This document shows, piece after piece, positions 54,020 to 63,553 of a stretch of DNA of 64,000 nt. The stretch covers positions 2,993 to 66,992 of the forward strand of contig CACNRD010000005.1 in NCBI GenBank assembly GCA_902622795.1, in the 5' to 3' direction. The translations under genes and the position numbers were made by a program. This stretch comes from an uncultured Pelagibacteraceae bacterium. GTDB taxonomy: Bacteria > Pseudomonadota > Alphaproteobacteria > Pelagibacterales > Pelagibacteraceae. The notes under the pieces were generated by a model. It saw nothing but the letters and a program-made list of their open reading frames with translations, was not told the origin of the DNA and did not search any database. Position 1 is the stretch's first letter. Each line of letters begins with the position of its first letter.

Positions 54020-54883
54020 CTATTTTTGGCAGGAATCACAAAAAAAAGTTGATCTATTTGATACAATTTTTTTTTTTATAATATCTAAACATCCAGTTGC
54101 TTTGCATTTGTTTCCTTCTTGCTGATAAACCTTAAACTCTTTTTGATAACTTCCCAATGTTCCAGATATATTTTGAAAATTTCTAATACTGGACCCTCCT
54201 TTAATTATTGCTCTATGTAAAATTTTTTTAGAATTCAAAATAATTTTTTTACATTCATTTTTAGTTAATAATTTTGCCTGTTTAAATGGATCAATTTTGG
54301 ATAAAAATAATATTTCACTAGCATATATATTGCCAATTCCTGAAACAAATCTTTGATCCAATAAAAAACTTTTAATTTCTTTATTTTTGTCTTTAAAAAA
54401 ACTCATCACGTAATTTAAATTAAACTTTTTATCAAATGGCTCTGGACCCAAATGTTTAAATCTTTTATTTAAAGCATTTTTATTTTCAATTAATTGAAAA
54501 AAACCAAAACGTCTAGGATCATTATAAATTACGTTAAAATTATCAAATTCAAATACAACATGATTGTGTTTTTTAGGAAGTGTTGGTGAGTGATAAAAAC
54601 TAGTATTTGTGAATTTTGACAGTTTAAACTTATCAACAATGTGGATTGTGCCTGACATGCCTAGATGAACTAAACAGTAATCCCCTTCCCAAAAATGTAT
54701 TATTAAATATTTTGAAAATCGATCTACTTTAGTTATTTTTTTATTTTTAATATAACTTTTAAAATTATTTGGTATTAAAAATCTTAAATTTCTATTTCTT
54801 ATTATTACTTTTTTCACCCTTTTTTGATTGATTTTTTTACTTAAGGATTGTCTAACAATTTCTACTTCTGGTAATTCTGGCAT
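54020..54883 (-). CDS. mutM: formamidopyrimidine-DNA glycosylase
   Basis: MPELPEVE, HLGMSG, DPRRFG, GIGNIYASE, C-terminal zinc finger. Confidence 0.97.
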   Translation of the reverse strand: MPELPEVEIVRQSLSKKINQKRVKKVIIRNRNLRFLIPNNFKSYIKNKKITKVDRFSKYLIIHFWEGDYCLVHLGMSGTIHIVDKFKLSKFTNTSFYHSPTLPKKHNHVVFEFDNFNVIYNDPRRFGFFQLIENKNALNKRFKHLGPEPFDKKFNLNYVMSFFKDKNKEIKSFLLDQRFVSGIGNIYASEILFLSKIDPFKQAKLLTKNECKKIILNSKKILHRAIIKGGSSIRNFQNISGTLGSYQKEFKVYQQEGNKCKATGCLDIIKKKIVSNRSTFFCDSCQK

Positions 54884-54912
54884 TTCACACTATATTCAAT
54901 ATATAATTTTTT

Positions 54913-55617
54913 ATGCAACAATATCTTCAAAATAAAAAAGGGCTAGTAGAAGGTGTATTTGATCAAGTCTACGACCGTTATGATTTGATGAATGACTTTA
55001 TGTCACTAGGTATACATAGGCTTTGGAAAAAAAGTCTAATTAATATGATGGGCCCATCTGTTAATAAAAAATTGGTAGATGTTGCTTGTGGCACTGGTGA
55101 TATTGGTAAACTGTTTTTAGACAAAACTGATAATAAATCAAAAGTTACATCTATTGATCCTAATAAAAAAATGATTAACCAAGGTAAAAATAAATTATCA
55201 AAATATAAAAGTATTGAGTGGATTACTGCCCCAGCCGAAAATCTGCCATTAACTGACAACTCTTTTGACTACTATACAATCAGTTTTGGTCTGAGAAATA
55301 CAAAAAATTTAGATCTGGCACTTTCTGAAGCTTACAGGGTTTTAAAGCCTGGTGGTCGTTATTTGTGCTTAGAATTCTCTAAAATCCAAAACACAAATAT
55401 AAATTTAATTTACAAAAATTACTCAAAGTTAATTCCCATGATTGGCCAATTCATAGTAGGGGAAAAAGAACCCTATGAATATTTGGTAAAAAGTATTGAG
55501 CAATTCATTAATCAAGAAGAATTAATTGATTTAATGCAAAAACATAAATTTCAAAAATGCTCTTATAGAAATTTTTCTAATGGTATTGTTTCAATTCATA
55601 GTGGTTGGAAAATTTAA
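54913..55617 (+). CDS. ubiE: ubiquinone/menaquinone C-methyltransferase
   Basis: YDLMNDFMSLGIHRLWK, DVACGTGD, SFGLRN, RVLKPGG. Confidence 0.96.
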   Translation: MQQYLQNKKGLVEGVFDQVYDRYDLMNDFMSLGIHRLWKKSLINMMGPSVNKKLVDVACGTGDIGKLFLDKTDNKSKVTSIDPNKKMINQGKNKLSKYKSIEWITAPAENLPLTDNSFDYYTISFGLRNTKNLDLALSEAYRVLKPGGRYLCLEFSKIQNTNINLIYKNYSKLIPMIGQFIVGEKEPYEYLVKSIEQFINQEELIDLMQKHKFQKCSYRNFSNGIVSIHSGWKI

Positions 55618-57185
55618 TGATTAGAAAGTTAATTACCTTGTTTAAATTAAGCAGAAAAATTGCACAATCAGACATACTTTCAATTGCATCAAAGTTTAAA
55701 AAACCTCCACTAGCTTTAACTATTTTATTCAAAATATTATCTTTTTCATTTCAAAAAAAAGAAGAGCATAATTTGGATAAGGATGAGGGAAATAGACTTT
55801 CTAAATCACTAGAATCAATGGGTACTACTTTTATAAAGCTTGGACAATTTCTAGCGACTAGACCTGATATCATTGGTGAAGAACTGTCTAAAAAACTTGA
55901 AAATCTTCAAGATCGTTTACCTCCATTTTCTATAAATGAGGCAAAACAAATCATTAAAAATGATCTTGGGGAAGAATCTTTTAACTCTATAATAGATTTA
56001 AGTGAGCCTGTTGCAGCAGCATCAATCGCTCAAGTACATAAAGCAAAAATTAATGACAATGGAACAATTAAAGATGTTGCCATAAAAATTTTAAGACCAG
56101 ATATAAAAAAAATATTTAATGAAGAAATTGATGCAATGATGTTGTTTGCATTTATAATCGAGTCTTTTGTAAAAAAAACCAAAAGATTAAAACTAATAGA
56201 GGTTGTTTTTTTATTAAAAGAGATAACAAATCTTGAAATGGATTTAAGATTTGAAGCAGCAGCTGCTAACGAATATGCTGAGAATACAAAAAATGATGTT
56301 GGATTTAAAGTTCCAATGATTTATTGGAATTTTACTAGTGAAAATGTAATGACTCTGGATTGGATTGATGGAGTTTCAATTAGAGAAACTGAAGAATTGA
56401 AAAAAAGAAATTTAGATACTAGTAAAATAGCAGAAGACATTATTCAACATTTTCTAAGACACGCCGTAAGAGATGGCTTTTTTCATGCAGATATGCATCA
56501 GGGAAATATTTTTATTAATGATAGTGGCCAAATTGCACCTATAGATTTTGGTATAATGGGCAGGCTAGATAAAGTTAGTAAGAGATTTCTGGCAGAAATT
56601 TTATTTGGTTTTATTCAAAGGGATTACCGTAAGGTTGCTGAAGTACACTTAATGGCCGGGTTAGTTCCAAAAGATGTTCCAATAGACGACTTAGCTCAAG
56701 CTTTAAGATCTATAGGAGAGCCCATTTTTGGACAAGAGGTAAAAGATATCTCGGGTGGAAAATTATTGAAACAACTTTTTGATGTGACAGAAAAATTTAA
56801 CATGCAAACTCAACCACAGTTATTAATGCTACAAAAAACAATGGTTGTAGTTGAGGGTGTTGCAAGAAAATTAAATCCAAGTACAAATATATGGACGACA
56901 TCTAAACCTGTGCTTGAGACTTGGTTGAGAGAAACAAAAGATCCAATAACAAATTTGAATGAGACATTAAAGAGTACTTCTGAGGTAATTAAGCGATTAC
57001 CAGAATTTCCTGAGATTATGGATAAAGCTAATCAAGCTTTAACGTTTTTAGCTAGCGGACAAATCCCTCAGAATTCAAACTCCTATACTGCTTTAAATGA
57101 TAAAAAAGCAGAAATGAATGCTTTTAGAAATCAGTCTATTATTGGTTTATTACTACTTGTAATTTTTGGACTTATAGTATTTTAA
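55617..57185 (+). CDS. ubiB: ubiquinone biosynthesis kinase-like protein UbiB
   Basis: FIKLGQFLATRPD, AAASIAQVH, FFHADMHQGN, DFGIMG. Confidence 0.96.
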   Translation: MIRKLITLFKLSRKIAQSDILSIASKFKKPPLALTILFKILSFSFQKKEEHNLDKDEGNRLSKSLESMGTTFIKLGQFLATRPDIIGEELSKKLENLQDRLPPFSINEAKQIIKNDLGEESFNSIIDLSEPVAAASIAQVHKAKINDNGTIKDVAIKILRPDIKKIFNEEIDAMMLFAFIIESFVKKTKRLKLIEVVFLLKEITNLEMDLRFEAAAANEYAENTKNDVGFKVPMIYWNFTSENVMTLDWIDGVSIRETEELKKRNLDTSKIAEDIIQHFLRHAVRDGFFHADMHQGNIFINDSGQIAPIDFGIMGRLDKVSKRFLAEILFGFIQRDYRKVAEVHLMAGLVPKDVPIDDLAQALRSIGEPIFGQEVKDISGGKLLKQLFDVTEKFNMQTQPQLLMLQKTMVVVEGVARKLNPSTNIWTTSKPVLETWLRETKDPITNLNETLKSTSEVIKRLPEFPEIMDKANQALTFLASGQIPQNSNSYTALNDKKAEMNAFRNQSIIGLLLLVIFGLIVF

Positions 57186-57193
57186 TTCTCAAA

Positions 57194-58399
57194 ATGAAAA
57201 ATCTGTTAAACAAAAAAATTTTATTTATCATATGCGGTGGAATTTCTGCCTACAAAAGTCTTGAGACAATTAGGCTTTTCAAAAAAAGTGGTTCAGAAAT
57301 CAAAACTATACTTACTGCAAGTGCTAAAGAATTTGTAACACCTCTTTCAATTACTGCGCTATCTCAAGGCAAAGTTTACAGTGAATTATTCAGTGTCGAA
57401 AACGAAACTGAAATGGACCATATTTCGCTTTCCAGATGGGCTGATGTAATTGTTATTGCTCCTACAACTGCTAATACTATTTCAAAGCTGGCTCAGGGCA
57501 CTACTGACGATCTTGCTTCAACTGTTGTTCTGGCTTCAGATAAAAGTATTTATTTAGCTCCAGCAATGAACGTGAGGATGTGGGAACATCAAACTACCAA
57601 AGCGAATTTAAAAAAATTGAAAGATTGTGGTTATAAATTCATTGGTCCTGAAATTGGGGATATGGCTTGTGGGGAATATGGTGAGGGCAAAATGTCTGAT
57701 CCAAGAAAAATTGCTGAAGAAATTGATCAATTTTTTTTAAATAAGAAAAAAAATAAAAATTTAAAAGCTTTGGTTACAGCAGGACCTACTAATGAATATA
57801 TTGATCCTGTAAGATTTATAACCAATAAGTCTAGTGGCAAACAAGGTTACGAGATTGCAAAATCTCTCTCTAAAAAAGGTTTTGATACAACGCTCATTTC
57901 TGGCCCCACTAACTTAGAAATTGATGATGATATTAATCTAGTTAAGGTTGAAACTGCAGAAGAAATGTTTCTTGCAACTCAAAAAAGTTTACCAACTGAT
58001 GTAGCAATTTTTGCAGCAGCTGTAGCTGATTTTAAGTTACAAAAAAAGTATACAAATAAAATTAAAAAACAAGAGACATTAAATTTAAATCTTGAAAAAA
58101 ATGTTGATATTTTAAATTACGTTTCTAACCATAATTCAATGAGGCCAAGTCTTGTTGTTGGTTTTGCAGCTGAAACTAATAACCACGAAAATAATGCAGA
58201 AGAAAAGTTAAATAAAAAAAATTGTGACTGGATAATTTCAAATGATGTTGCAAATAAAAATATAGGATTTAATTCTGATTTTAATGAAGTAACTATTCAC
58301 TACAAAAATAAAAAAATAAATAACGAAAAACTCTTTTATAAAAAAAAGTCTGAAATATCTGATGAAATAGTTGATAGAATTATTGATCAATTAAATTAA
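57194..58399 (+). CDS. coaBC: phosphopantothenoylcysteine decarboxylase/ligase
   Basis: GGISAYK, PAMNVRMW, ACGEYGEG, TAGPTNEYIDPVRFITNKSSGKQG, GFAAET. Confidence 0.97.
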   Translation: MKNLLNKKILFIICGGISAYKSLETIRLFKKSGSEIKTILTASAKEFVTPLSITALSQGKVYSELFSVENETEMDHISLSRWADVIVIAPTTANTISKLAQGTTDDLASTVVLASDKSIYLAPAMNVRMWEHQTTKANLKKLKDCGYKFIGPEIGDMACGEYGEGKMSDPRKIAEEIDQFFLNKKKNKNLKALVTAGPTNEYIDPVRFITNKSSGKQGYEIAKSLSKKGFDTTLISGPTNLEIDDDINLVKVETAEEMFLATQKSLPTDVAIFAAAVADFKLQKKYTNKIKKQETLNLNLEKNVDILNYVSNHNSMRPSLVVGFAAETNNHENNAEEKLNKKNCDWIISNDVANKNIGFNSDFNEVTIHYKNKKINNEKLFYKKKSEISDEIVDRIIDQLN

Positions 58400-58836
58400 T
58401 GGCAAAAGTTCTAATCAAAAAATTAGCTTCATCTGTTCAATTACCTACTTATAAAACTAGTGGAGCTTCAGGGATGGATTTAATGGCTTTTATTTCTGAA
58501 ACAATAATTCTTAAACCACAATCTTCTTGTTTAGTACCAACTGGTATTTCTGTTGCATTTTCAGAGGAATTTGAAATACAAATAAGACCAAGATCTGGTT
58601 TGGCAGCTAAAAATAATATTAGTGTATTAAATACTCCTGGCACAATTGATAGTGATTATAGGGGTGAAATAAAAGTTATTCTCTTTAACCATGGGAATAA
58701 TGAATTTATAATCAATAATAATGATAGAATAGCACAAATGATTTTGACACCAGTTGTTAAAATGAAACTAGAAGAAACAGAAAGTTTGCCTGAAACAATT
58801 AGAGGAGAGGGTGGATTTGGCTCAACAGGAAAATGA
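58399..58836 (+). CDS. dut: dUTP diphosphatase
   Basis: SGMDL, RPRSGLA, GTIDSDYRGE, RIAQ, RGEGGFGSTG. Confidence 0.98.
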   Translation: MAKVLIKKLASSVQLPTYKTSGASGMDLMAFISETIILKPQSSCLVPTGISVAFSEEFEIQIRPRSGLAAKNNISVLNTPGTIDSDYRGEIKVILFNHGNNEFIINNNDRIAQMILTPVVKMKLEETESLPETIRGEGGFGSTGK

Positions 58837-59573
58837 GCAAAAAATTAAATAAAAAAGAAATAGAAAAATTCTCTCGTCAAATTATTTTAAAAAATGTTGG
58901 TGCATTAGGTCAGAAAAAAATTCAAGAGGCTAAAGTTTTAATTATTGGAATGGGAGGCTTAGGTTGTCCAGCTGCAGAATTTTTAACACGATCAGGAATT
59001 GGAACACTAGGTATTGTGGACTATGATAAGGTTGGTTTATCAAATATCCATAGACAAACTTTGTATACCGAAAAAGATATTAACAAATCAAAAGTTAAAA
59101 TTGCAAAGAAAAAATTGAATGAAATTAATCCAAAAACTAAAATAAATATTTTTAACTATAAACTAAATAAAATCAAATTTAAAAAAATTATTAAAAACTA
59201 TCAATATATTATTGATGGCACAGACAACTTTGAAAGTAAATTTTTAATTAATGATATAAGTTTAGATTATAAAAAATTTCTTGTAGTTGGTGCTATAAGT
59301 AAGTTTGATGGTCACATTTTTAGCTTTGATTTTAAAAATAAAAATAATCCTAGTTTAAGAGATTTTTATCAAGAAGAAGTTGTTACTGATGATATTTTCA
59401 ATTGTGAGTATGATGGTATTTTAGGAACTGTAGCAGGAATTGTTGGCACAATACAAGCAAACGAAATTCTAAAAAAAATTCTTAATATTGGTGAAAGTTT
59501 AAATAGGTTTATTTTAATTCTAGATTTATTAAATTTAAATATAAGAAGAGTAGAATTAAAAAAAAGAAAATAA
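58833..59573 (+). CDS. MoeB/ThiF family adenylyltransferase
   Basis: FSRQIIL, GMGGLG, DKVGLSNIHRQ, DGTDNF, GILGTVAG. Confidence 0.9.
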   Translation: MSKKLNKKEIEKFSRQIILKNVGALGQKKIQEAKVLIIGMGGLGCPAAEFLTRSGIGTLGIVDYDKVGLSNIHRQTLYTEKDINKSKVKIAKKKLNEINPKTKINIFNYKLNKIKFKKIIKNYQYIIDGTDNFESKFLINDISLDYKKFLVVGAISKFDGHIFSFDFKNKNNPSLRDFYQEEVVTDDIFNCEYDGILGTVAGIVGTIQANEILKKILNIGESLNRFILILDLLNLNIRRVELKKRK

Positions 59574-60040
59574 TGATTTTAAAAAAAAAAATTAAAGAAA
59601 TTTCTATATTGCTTTGTTTATTATTTTACTGCTCGATCAGCTCTGCAGATGAAATATTTGTATCCTTAAAGAAAAGCAAAGTTAATGTTCGTTATGGCCC
59701 AAGCTTTGACTCTGATGTTAAATATGTTTATAAGAAAATAGATCTTCCCATAAAACAAATAGATAAAAAAGAAAACTTTAGAAGAATTATTGATCTAAAA
59801 AATAATAGTGGCTGGATACATGTTTCTCAATTGAAAAAAAGTAATTCAGTTATTGCTACTAAAGATAAAGTTTTATTCAAAAAACCATCATCATTTGCAA
59901 AACCCATAGCAATGATAAAAAAGGGAAGATTATTAATTGTTCAAAAATGTGAAAAAAATTGGTGTGAAGTAGAAACCGATGATTTTAATGGATGGATTAA
60001 AAATGATGATCTGTGGGGATTAATTAAAATCTCCAGATAA
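59573..60040 (+). CDS. exported SH3-domain protein
   Basis: signal peptide; FVSLKKSKVNVRYGPS, GWIHVSQL, CEKNWC, GWI...LWG. Confidence 0.85.
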   Translation: MILKKKIKEISILLCLLFYCSISSADEIFVSLKKSKVNVRYGPSFDSDVKYVYKKIDLPIKQIDKKENFRRIIDLKNNSGWIHVSQLKKSNSVIATKDKVLFKKPSSFAKPIAMIKKGRLLIVQKCEKNWCEVETDDFNGWIKNDDLWGLIKISR

Positions 60041-60619
60041 AGAAGCTATATTGTCTTTGCTTAACTTAGTAGTGTGAGAATATTCTTTGTGGTCAATGCC
60101 AAGTTCGATATCAACATTGCTTGATTTAAATTTTTCAATTTGCTCATCTGTAAAATTAAAATGTATAAATTGAACTGAAGAAGCCTTACCCTCAGCAGAA
60201 GTTCTGTCAACGTCCTCTTCAGGAACAGCTTTAACAATCTCACCGTTAATCTTCATAAATACCATTTCTTCAATTCCACCAACCTTACCTAAAAAAGCCG
60301 CTCTAGATATAGGGTTATCTATTTCAAACATAAGAGTAGCTGTTAACTCTTTTCCATTTGGAATTAATGGATTGTATGCAATTAATTCATCATGCAGCTG
60401 TTCATCTCCACCTTTTTCAATATAAAGCATTTCTTGAACTTGAGCTAACATGGTCTCATAGCTTTCGAAATAAAATGTAGCGTAAGGTCCTAATGCAATT
60501 CTTCGATTTTTTTTAAAGTTAACAATATTTTTTCTTAATTCTTTTCTGTCTTTTATATATGCATCAAGTGGCATAATATCAGATTTTTGTATCTCTCTTT
60601 TTTCTTTTGGCATAATCAT
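60020..60619 (-). CDS. DUF3501 family protein
   Basis: FYFESYETM..QVQEML, ELIAYNPLIP, ATLMFEI, KASSVQF; third gene of rubrerythrin cluster. Confidence 0.88.
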   Translation of the reverse strand: MIMPKEKREIQKSDIMPLDAYIKDRKELRKNIVNFKKNRRIALGPYATFYFESYETMLAQVQEMLYIEKGGDEQLHDELIAYNPLIPNGKELTATLMFEIDNPISRAAFLGKVGGIEEMVFMKINGEIVKAVPEEDVDRTSAEGKASSVQFIHFNFTDEQIEKFKSSNVDIELGIDHKEYSHTTKLSKDNIASLSGDFN

Positions 60620-61947
60620 AACTTATAACTTTTTGCCATAAGTTCTATAGGGTGTAGTGCCTCATCATTAGAAATTTTTGTGTCTACTTCTAATTGTTTT
60701 AAATGCTTGCCAGCTAAAGGACAATCAGATGCCATATACTTATTATTTTTGTTTTTTATTTGTCTTGCAGTTGGCCTTCCAACTTTATTGGCTAAATCAT
60801 GTGTTTCTTTCATCACTCCAAAAGTTCCACCGTGGCCAGCACATCTTTCGACAACATCAATTTTTATATTAGGAATATTTTTTAACATATCTCTAGCCTT
60901 GATACCCATGTTCTGAGCTCTTGCATGACACGCATGGTGAACTGTAACACCACCATCAATTTCTTCTAATCCTTCGGCCAATCCCTCATTATTAGCGATA
61001 TCAACCACATACTCGTCAATATCGATTACATTTGAAGATAATTTTTTTACATTTTCACTTTCAGGTAATAACAAAGGCCATTCAAATTTTAACATTAAGC
61101 CACAGCTTGCTGTTAAAGTTATTACTTTGTAACCTTTGTCAATCCATTCAATTAAATCTTTTGATACTTTTTTGGCTTGTTCAACTACTTTTGGAAGATC
61201 TGCCTGTTCCAAAAAAGGCATTCCACAACATCCTGGGTAAGCTTCTTGAACTTCCACACCATTTTTTTTTAAAACTTTTAATGCAGCAACACCTGTATTT
61301 TTTTTATTAAAATTTACAAAACATGTAGAATATATTACAACTTTTCTGTCTTTGTTAATCACTTCATAGTTAATTTTATCATTATTCTTTTTAAAAAAAT
61401 TTGAAAACGTCTCTGAGTTATATTTTGGTAGCTGCACTCTTTTATCTATCCCAGATATGAATTCTAAAATTTTTCTTATAAATTTATTTTTAATATTTGA
61501 TGCCCAATTTACAATTTTAGAGAACATAACCCCAATTTTTGCGTTTCTATCAATTTTTGCTAATTGAGTTGGTACGCTTGGTAGTTTTCCTAACTTCTTC
61601 TGCGCAGTTCTATATCTCAGCATTAAATGAGGAAAATCTAAATCAAAGTCGTGAGGAGGGACATATGGACACTTTGTCATAAAACACATATCACATAAAG
61701 TACATGCATCTACAACAGGGGCAAATTGGTCACTGGATAAACTCTCAACGTCTTCATCTTTAGACTCGTCAATCATATCAAATAACTTTGGAAAAGAGTC
61801 ACAAAGATTAAAGCATCTTCTGCAACCATGGCAGATATCAAATACTCTTCTCATTTCTGAGTCTAATTTTTCAGGATTTAAAAAATCAGGGTGCTCAAAA
61901 TCAATTGGATGTCTAGTTGGTGCATCTAAGCTACCTTCTTTGCTCAT
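60616..61947 (-). CDS. Fe-S oxidoreductase (GlpC/HdrD-like, CCG domain), rubrerythrin-associated
   Basis: CHGCRRCFNLC, CTLCDMC..KCPY, GCCGMP, ERCAGHGG; start moved to ATG 61947 (MSKEGSL). Confidence 0.9.
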   Translation of the reverse strand: MSKEGSLDAPTRHPIDFEHPDFLNPEKLDSEMRRVFDICHGCRRCFNLCDSFPKLFDMIDESKDEDVESLSSDQFAPVVDACTLCDMCFMTKCPYVPPHDFDLDFPHLMLRYRTAQKKLGKLPSVPTQLAKIDRNAKIGVMFSKIVNWASNIKNKFIRKILEFISGIDKRVQLPKYNSETFSNFFKKNNDKINYEVINKDRKVVIYSTCFVNFNKKNTGVAALKVLKKNGVEVQEAYPGCCGMPFLEQADLPKVVEQAKKVSKDLIEWIDKGYKVITLTASCGLMLKFEWPLLLPESENVKKLSSNVIDIDEYVVDIANNEGLAEGLEEIDGGVTVHHACHARAQNMGIKARDMLKNIPNIKIDVVERCAGHGGTFGVMKETHDLANKVGRPTARQIKNKNNKYMASDCPLAGKHLKQLEVDTKISNDEALHPIELMAKSYKL

Positions 61948-61971
61948 AATTTTTGAATTTTTATTTGGATT

Positions 61972-61999
61972 TTTAGTGGACAAGTTAATGTCCACTAAA
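61972..61999. other. intercistronic stem-loop between rubrerythrin and oxidoreductase
   Basis: TTTAGTGGACA-AGTTAA-TGTCCACTAAA, perfect 11-bp stem, no U-tract in sense direction. Confidence 0.7.
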
Positions 62000-62007
62000 C
62001 GAATTAA

Positions 62008-62424
62008 TTAGCTAATAGACTCTAAAGTTTTTTGAAATTTACCAGCATGAGATTTTTCAGCTTTTGCTAAAGTTTCAAACCAGTCAGCAATTTCTTCAAA
62101 ACCTTCTTCTCTAGCTGTTTTGGCCATACCTGGGTACATATCAGTGTACTCATGTGTTTCACCTTGAACAGCTGATGCTAAATTTGCTTTAGTTTCACCA
62201 ATCGGCATACCAGTTCCAGGATCTCCAACTTCCTCTAAATACTCTAGATGACCATGTGCATGACCTGTCTCACCTTCGGCAGTTGACCTAAAAACTGTAG
62301 CTACATCATTGTATCCTTCGATGTCAGCCTTTTGTGCGAAGTAAAGATATCTTCTGTTTGCTTGACTTTCGCCAGCAAAAGCTTCCTTTAAATTTTCTTC
62401 AGTTTTACTTCCTTTTAATGACAT
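62008..62424 (-). CDS. rbr: rubrerythrin (short, no rubredoxin domain)
   Basis: [33 protein letters not shown]; strong SD AAGGAG. Confidence 0.94.
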   Translation of the reverse strand: MSLKGSKTEENLKEAFAGESQANRRYLYFAQKADIEGYNDVATVFRSTAEGETGHAHGHLEYLEEVGDPGTGMPIGETKANLASAVQGETHEYTDMYPGMAKTAREEGFEEIADWFETLAKAEKSHAGKFQKTLESIS

Positions 62425-62453
62425 TTTATTCTCCTTAATTAATGATAGTTAAG

Positions 62454-62501
62454 GATATAATACTTCTAAAGTGATTGTCAACAGTTTAGAATAATTATAA
62501 T
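62454..62501. promoter_or_regulatory. two ICE-like (Irr) boxes around rbr promoter
   Basis: TTTAGAA-TAA-TTATAAT (62485-62501) and rev-comp TTTAGAA-GTA-TTATATC (62454-62470) flanking TTGACA (62476-62481, minus). Confidence 0.65.
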
Positions 62502-62530
62502 TTATAATTTAAGTAATTGATTTTATTGAA

Positions 62531-62959
62531 TTAATTTTGATTTTGATTATCACTCGCAACTCTAACCAAAACTTCAACTGAGTTAATTTTTTTTCCAGTG
62601 ATATTATTTTTAACATTCACATTTTCTATTTCATTTTCATCACAGTCTATTAATTGATGGGTATCTTCATCATAAAAATGGTGATGAACAGTTGTGTTAG
62701 TATCAAAATAGCTTTTGTCTGAGTTTATTGATATCTCCTTTAAATATCCCTTTTTTTGTAAGGCATGGACAGTGTTATAAACCGTTGCGAGAGATATTTT
62801 TTCATTTAACTCTTCAGATATTTTTTTAACAAGATCGTTAATTGTAAAGTGAAAAGTTTTATCTCTGTTGAACAAAACCTCACAAATTTTAACTCTTTGC
62901 TTTGTAGGTCTGAGCCCAGTTTCTCTTAATTTTTCAATAAAATTGAAGTTTTTTGTCAT
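62531..62959 (-). CDS. irr: Fur-family iron response regulator Irr
   Basis: GLRPTKQR, SLATVYNT, YFDTNTTVHHHFY; divergent from fabA. Confidence 0.88.
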   Translation of the reverse strand: MTKNFNFIEKLRETGLRPTKQRVKICEVLFNRDKTFHFTINDLVKKISEELNEKISLATVYNTVHALQKKGYLKEISINSDKSYFDTNTTVHHHFYDEDTHQLIDCDENEIENVNVKNNITGKKINSVEVLVRVASDNQNQN

Positions 62960-62964
62960 ATTTC

Positions 62965-62981
62965 TTTATAATAATTCTAAA
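62965..62981. promoter_or_regulatory. ICE-like box immediately upstream of irr
   Basis: TTTATAA-TAA-TTCTAAA, one mismatch to TTTAGAA-N3-TTCTAAA. Confidence 0.7.
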
Positions 62982-63052
62982 CTAAGAATAAATTGTATTG
63001 TTTTATTATATTATATTATCATTAAATCAAGTAATAAGGGAACTCAATTTTT

Positions 63053-63553
63053 ATGAAAAAAAACTCCTATAGCTATGATGACCTAATTACTTGCGGAAAT
63101 GGTGATCTTTTTGGCCCTGGTAATGCTAAATTACCCCTTCCTCCAATGCTAATGTTTGATAGAATAACAGAGATTAACGACAATAACGGGACCTTTAACA
63201 AGGGATCTTTAAAGGCTGAGTTAGATATTAAAGATGATCTTTGGTTCTTTGATTGTCATTTTAAATCTGACCCCGTTATGCCTGGTTGCTTAGGGTTAGA
63301 CGCTATGTGGCAACTAGTAGGTTTTTACCTAGGTTGGCTAGGAAATCCTGGCAAGGGTAGAGCACTAGGTGTTGGAACTGTAAAGTTCACAGGTGAAGTA
63401 TTGAAAAATGTTAAGTTAGTAACATATAAAATTGATATGAAAAAAATTATGTCACCAGGAGGCACAACTGTTGGTCTTGCTAATGGGGTGGTTTTTGCGG
63501 ATGATAAAAAAATATATTCAGCAGATAGTTTAAAAGTAGGGTTATTTAAATAA
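63053..63553 (+). CDS. fabA: 3-hydroxyacyl-ACP dehydratase/isomerase
   Basis: [33 protein letters not shown]. Confidence 0.97.
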   Translation: MKKNSYSYDDLITCGNGDLFGPGNAKLPLPPMLMFDRITEINDNNGTFNKGSLKAELDIKDDLWFFDCHFKSDPVMPGCLGLDAMWQLVGFYLGWLGNPGKGRALGVGTVKFTGEVLKNVKLVTYKIDMKKIMSPGGTTVGLANGVVFADDKKIYSADSLKVGLFK

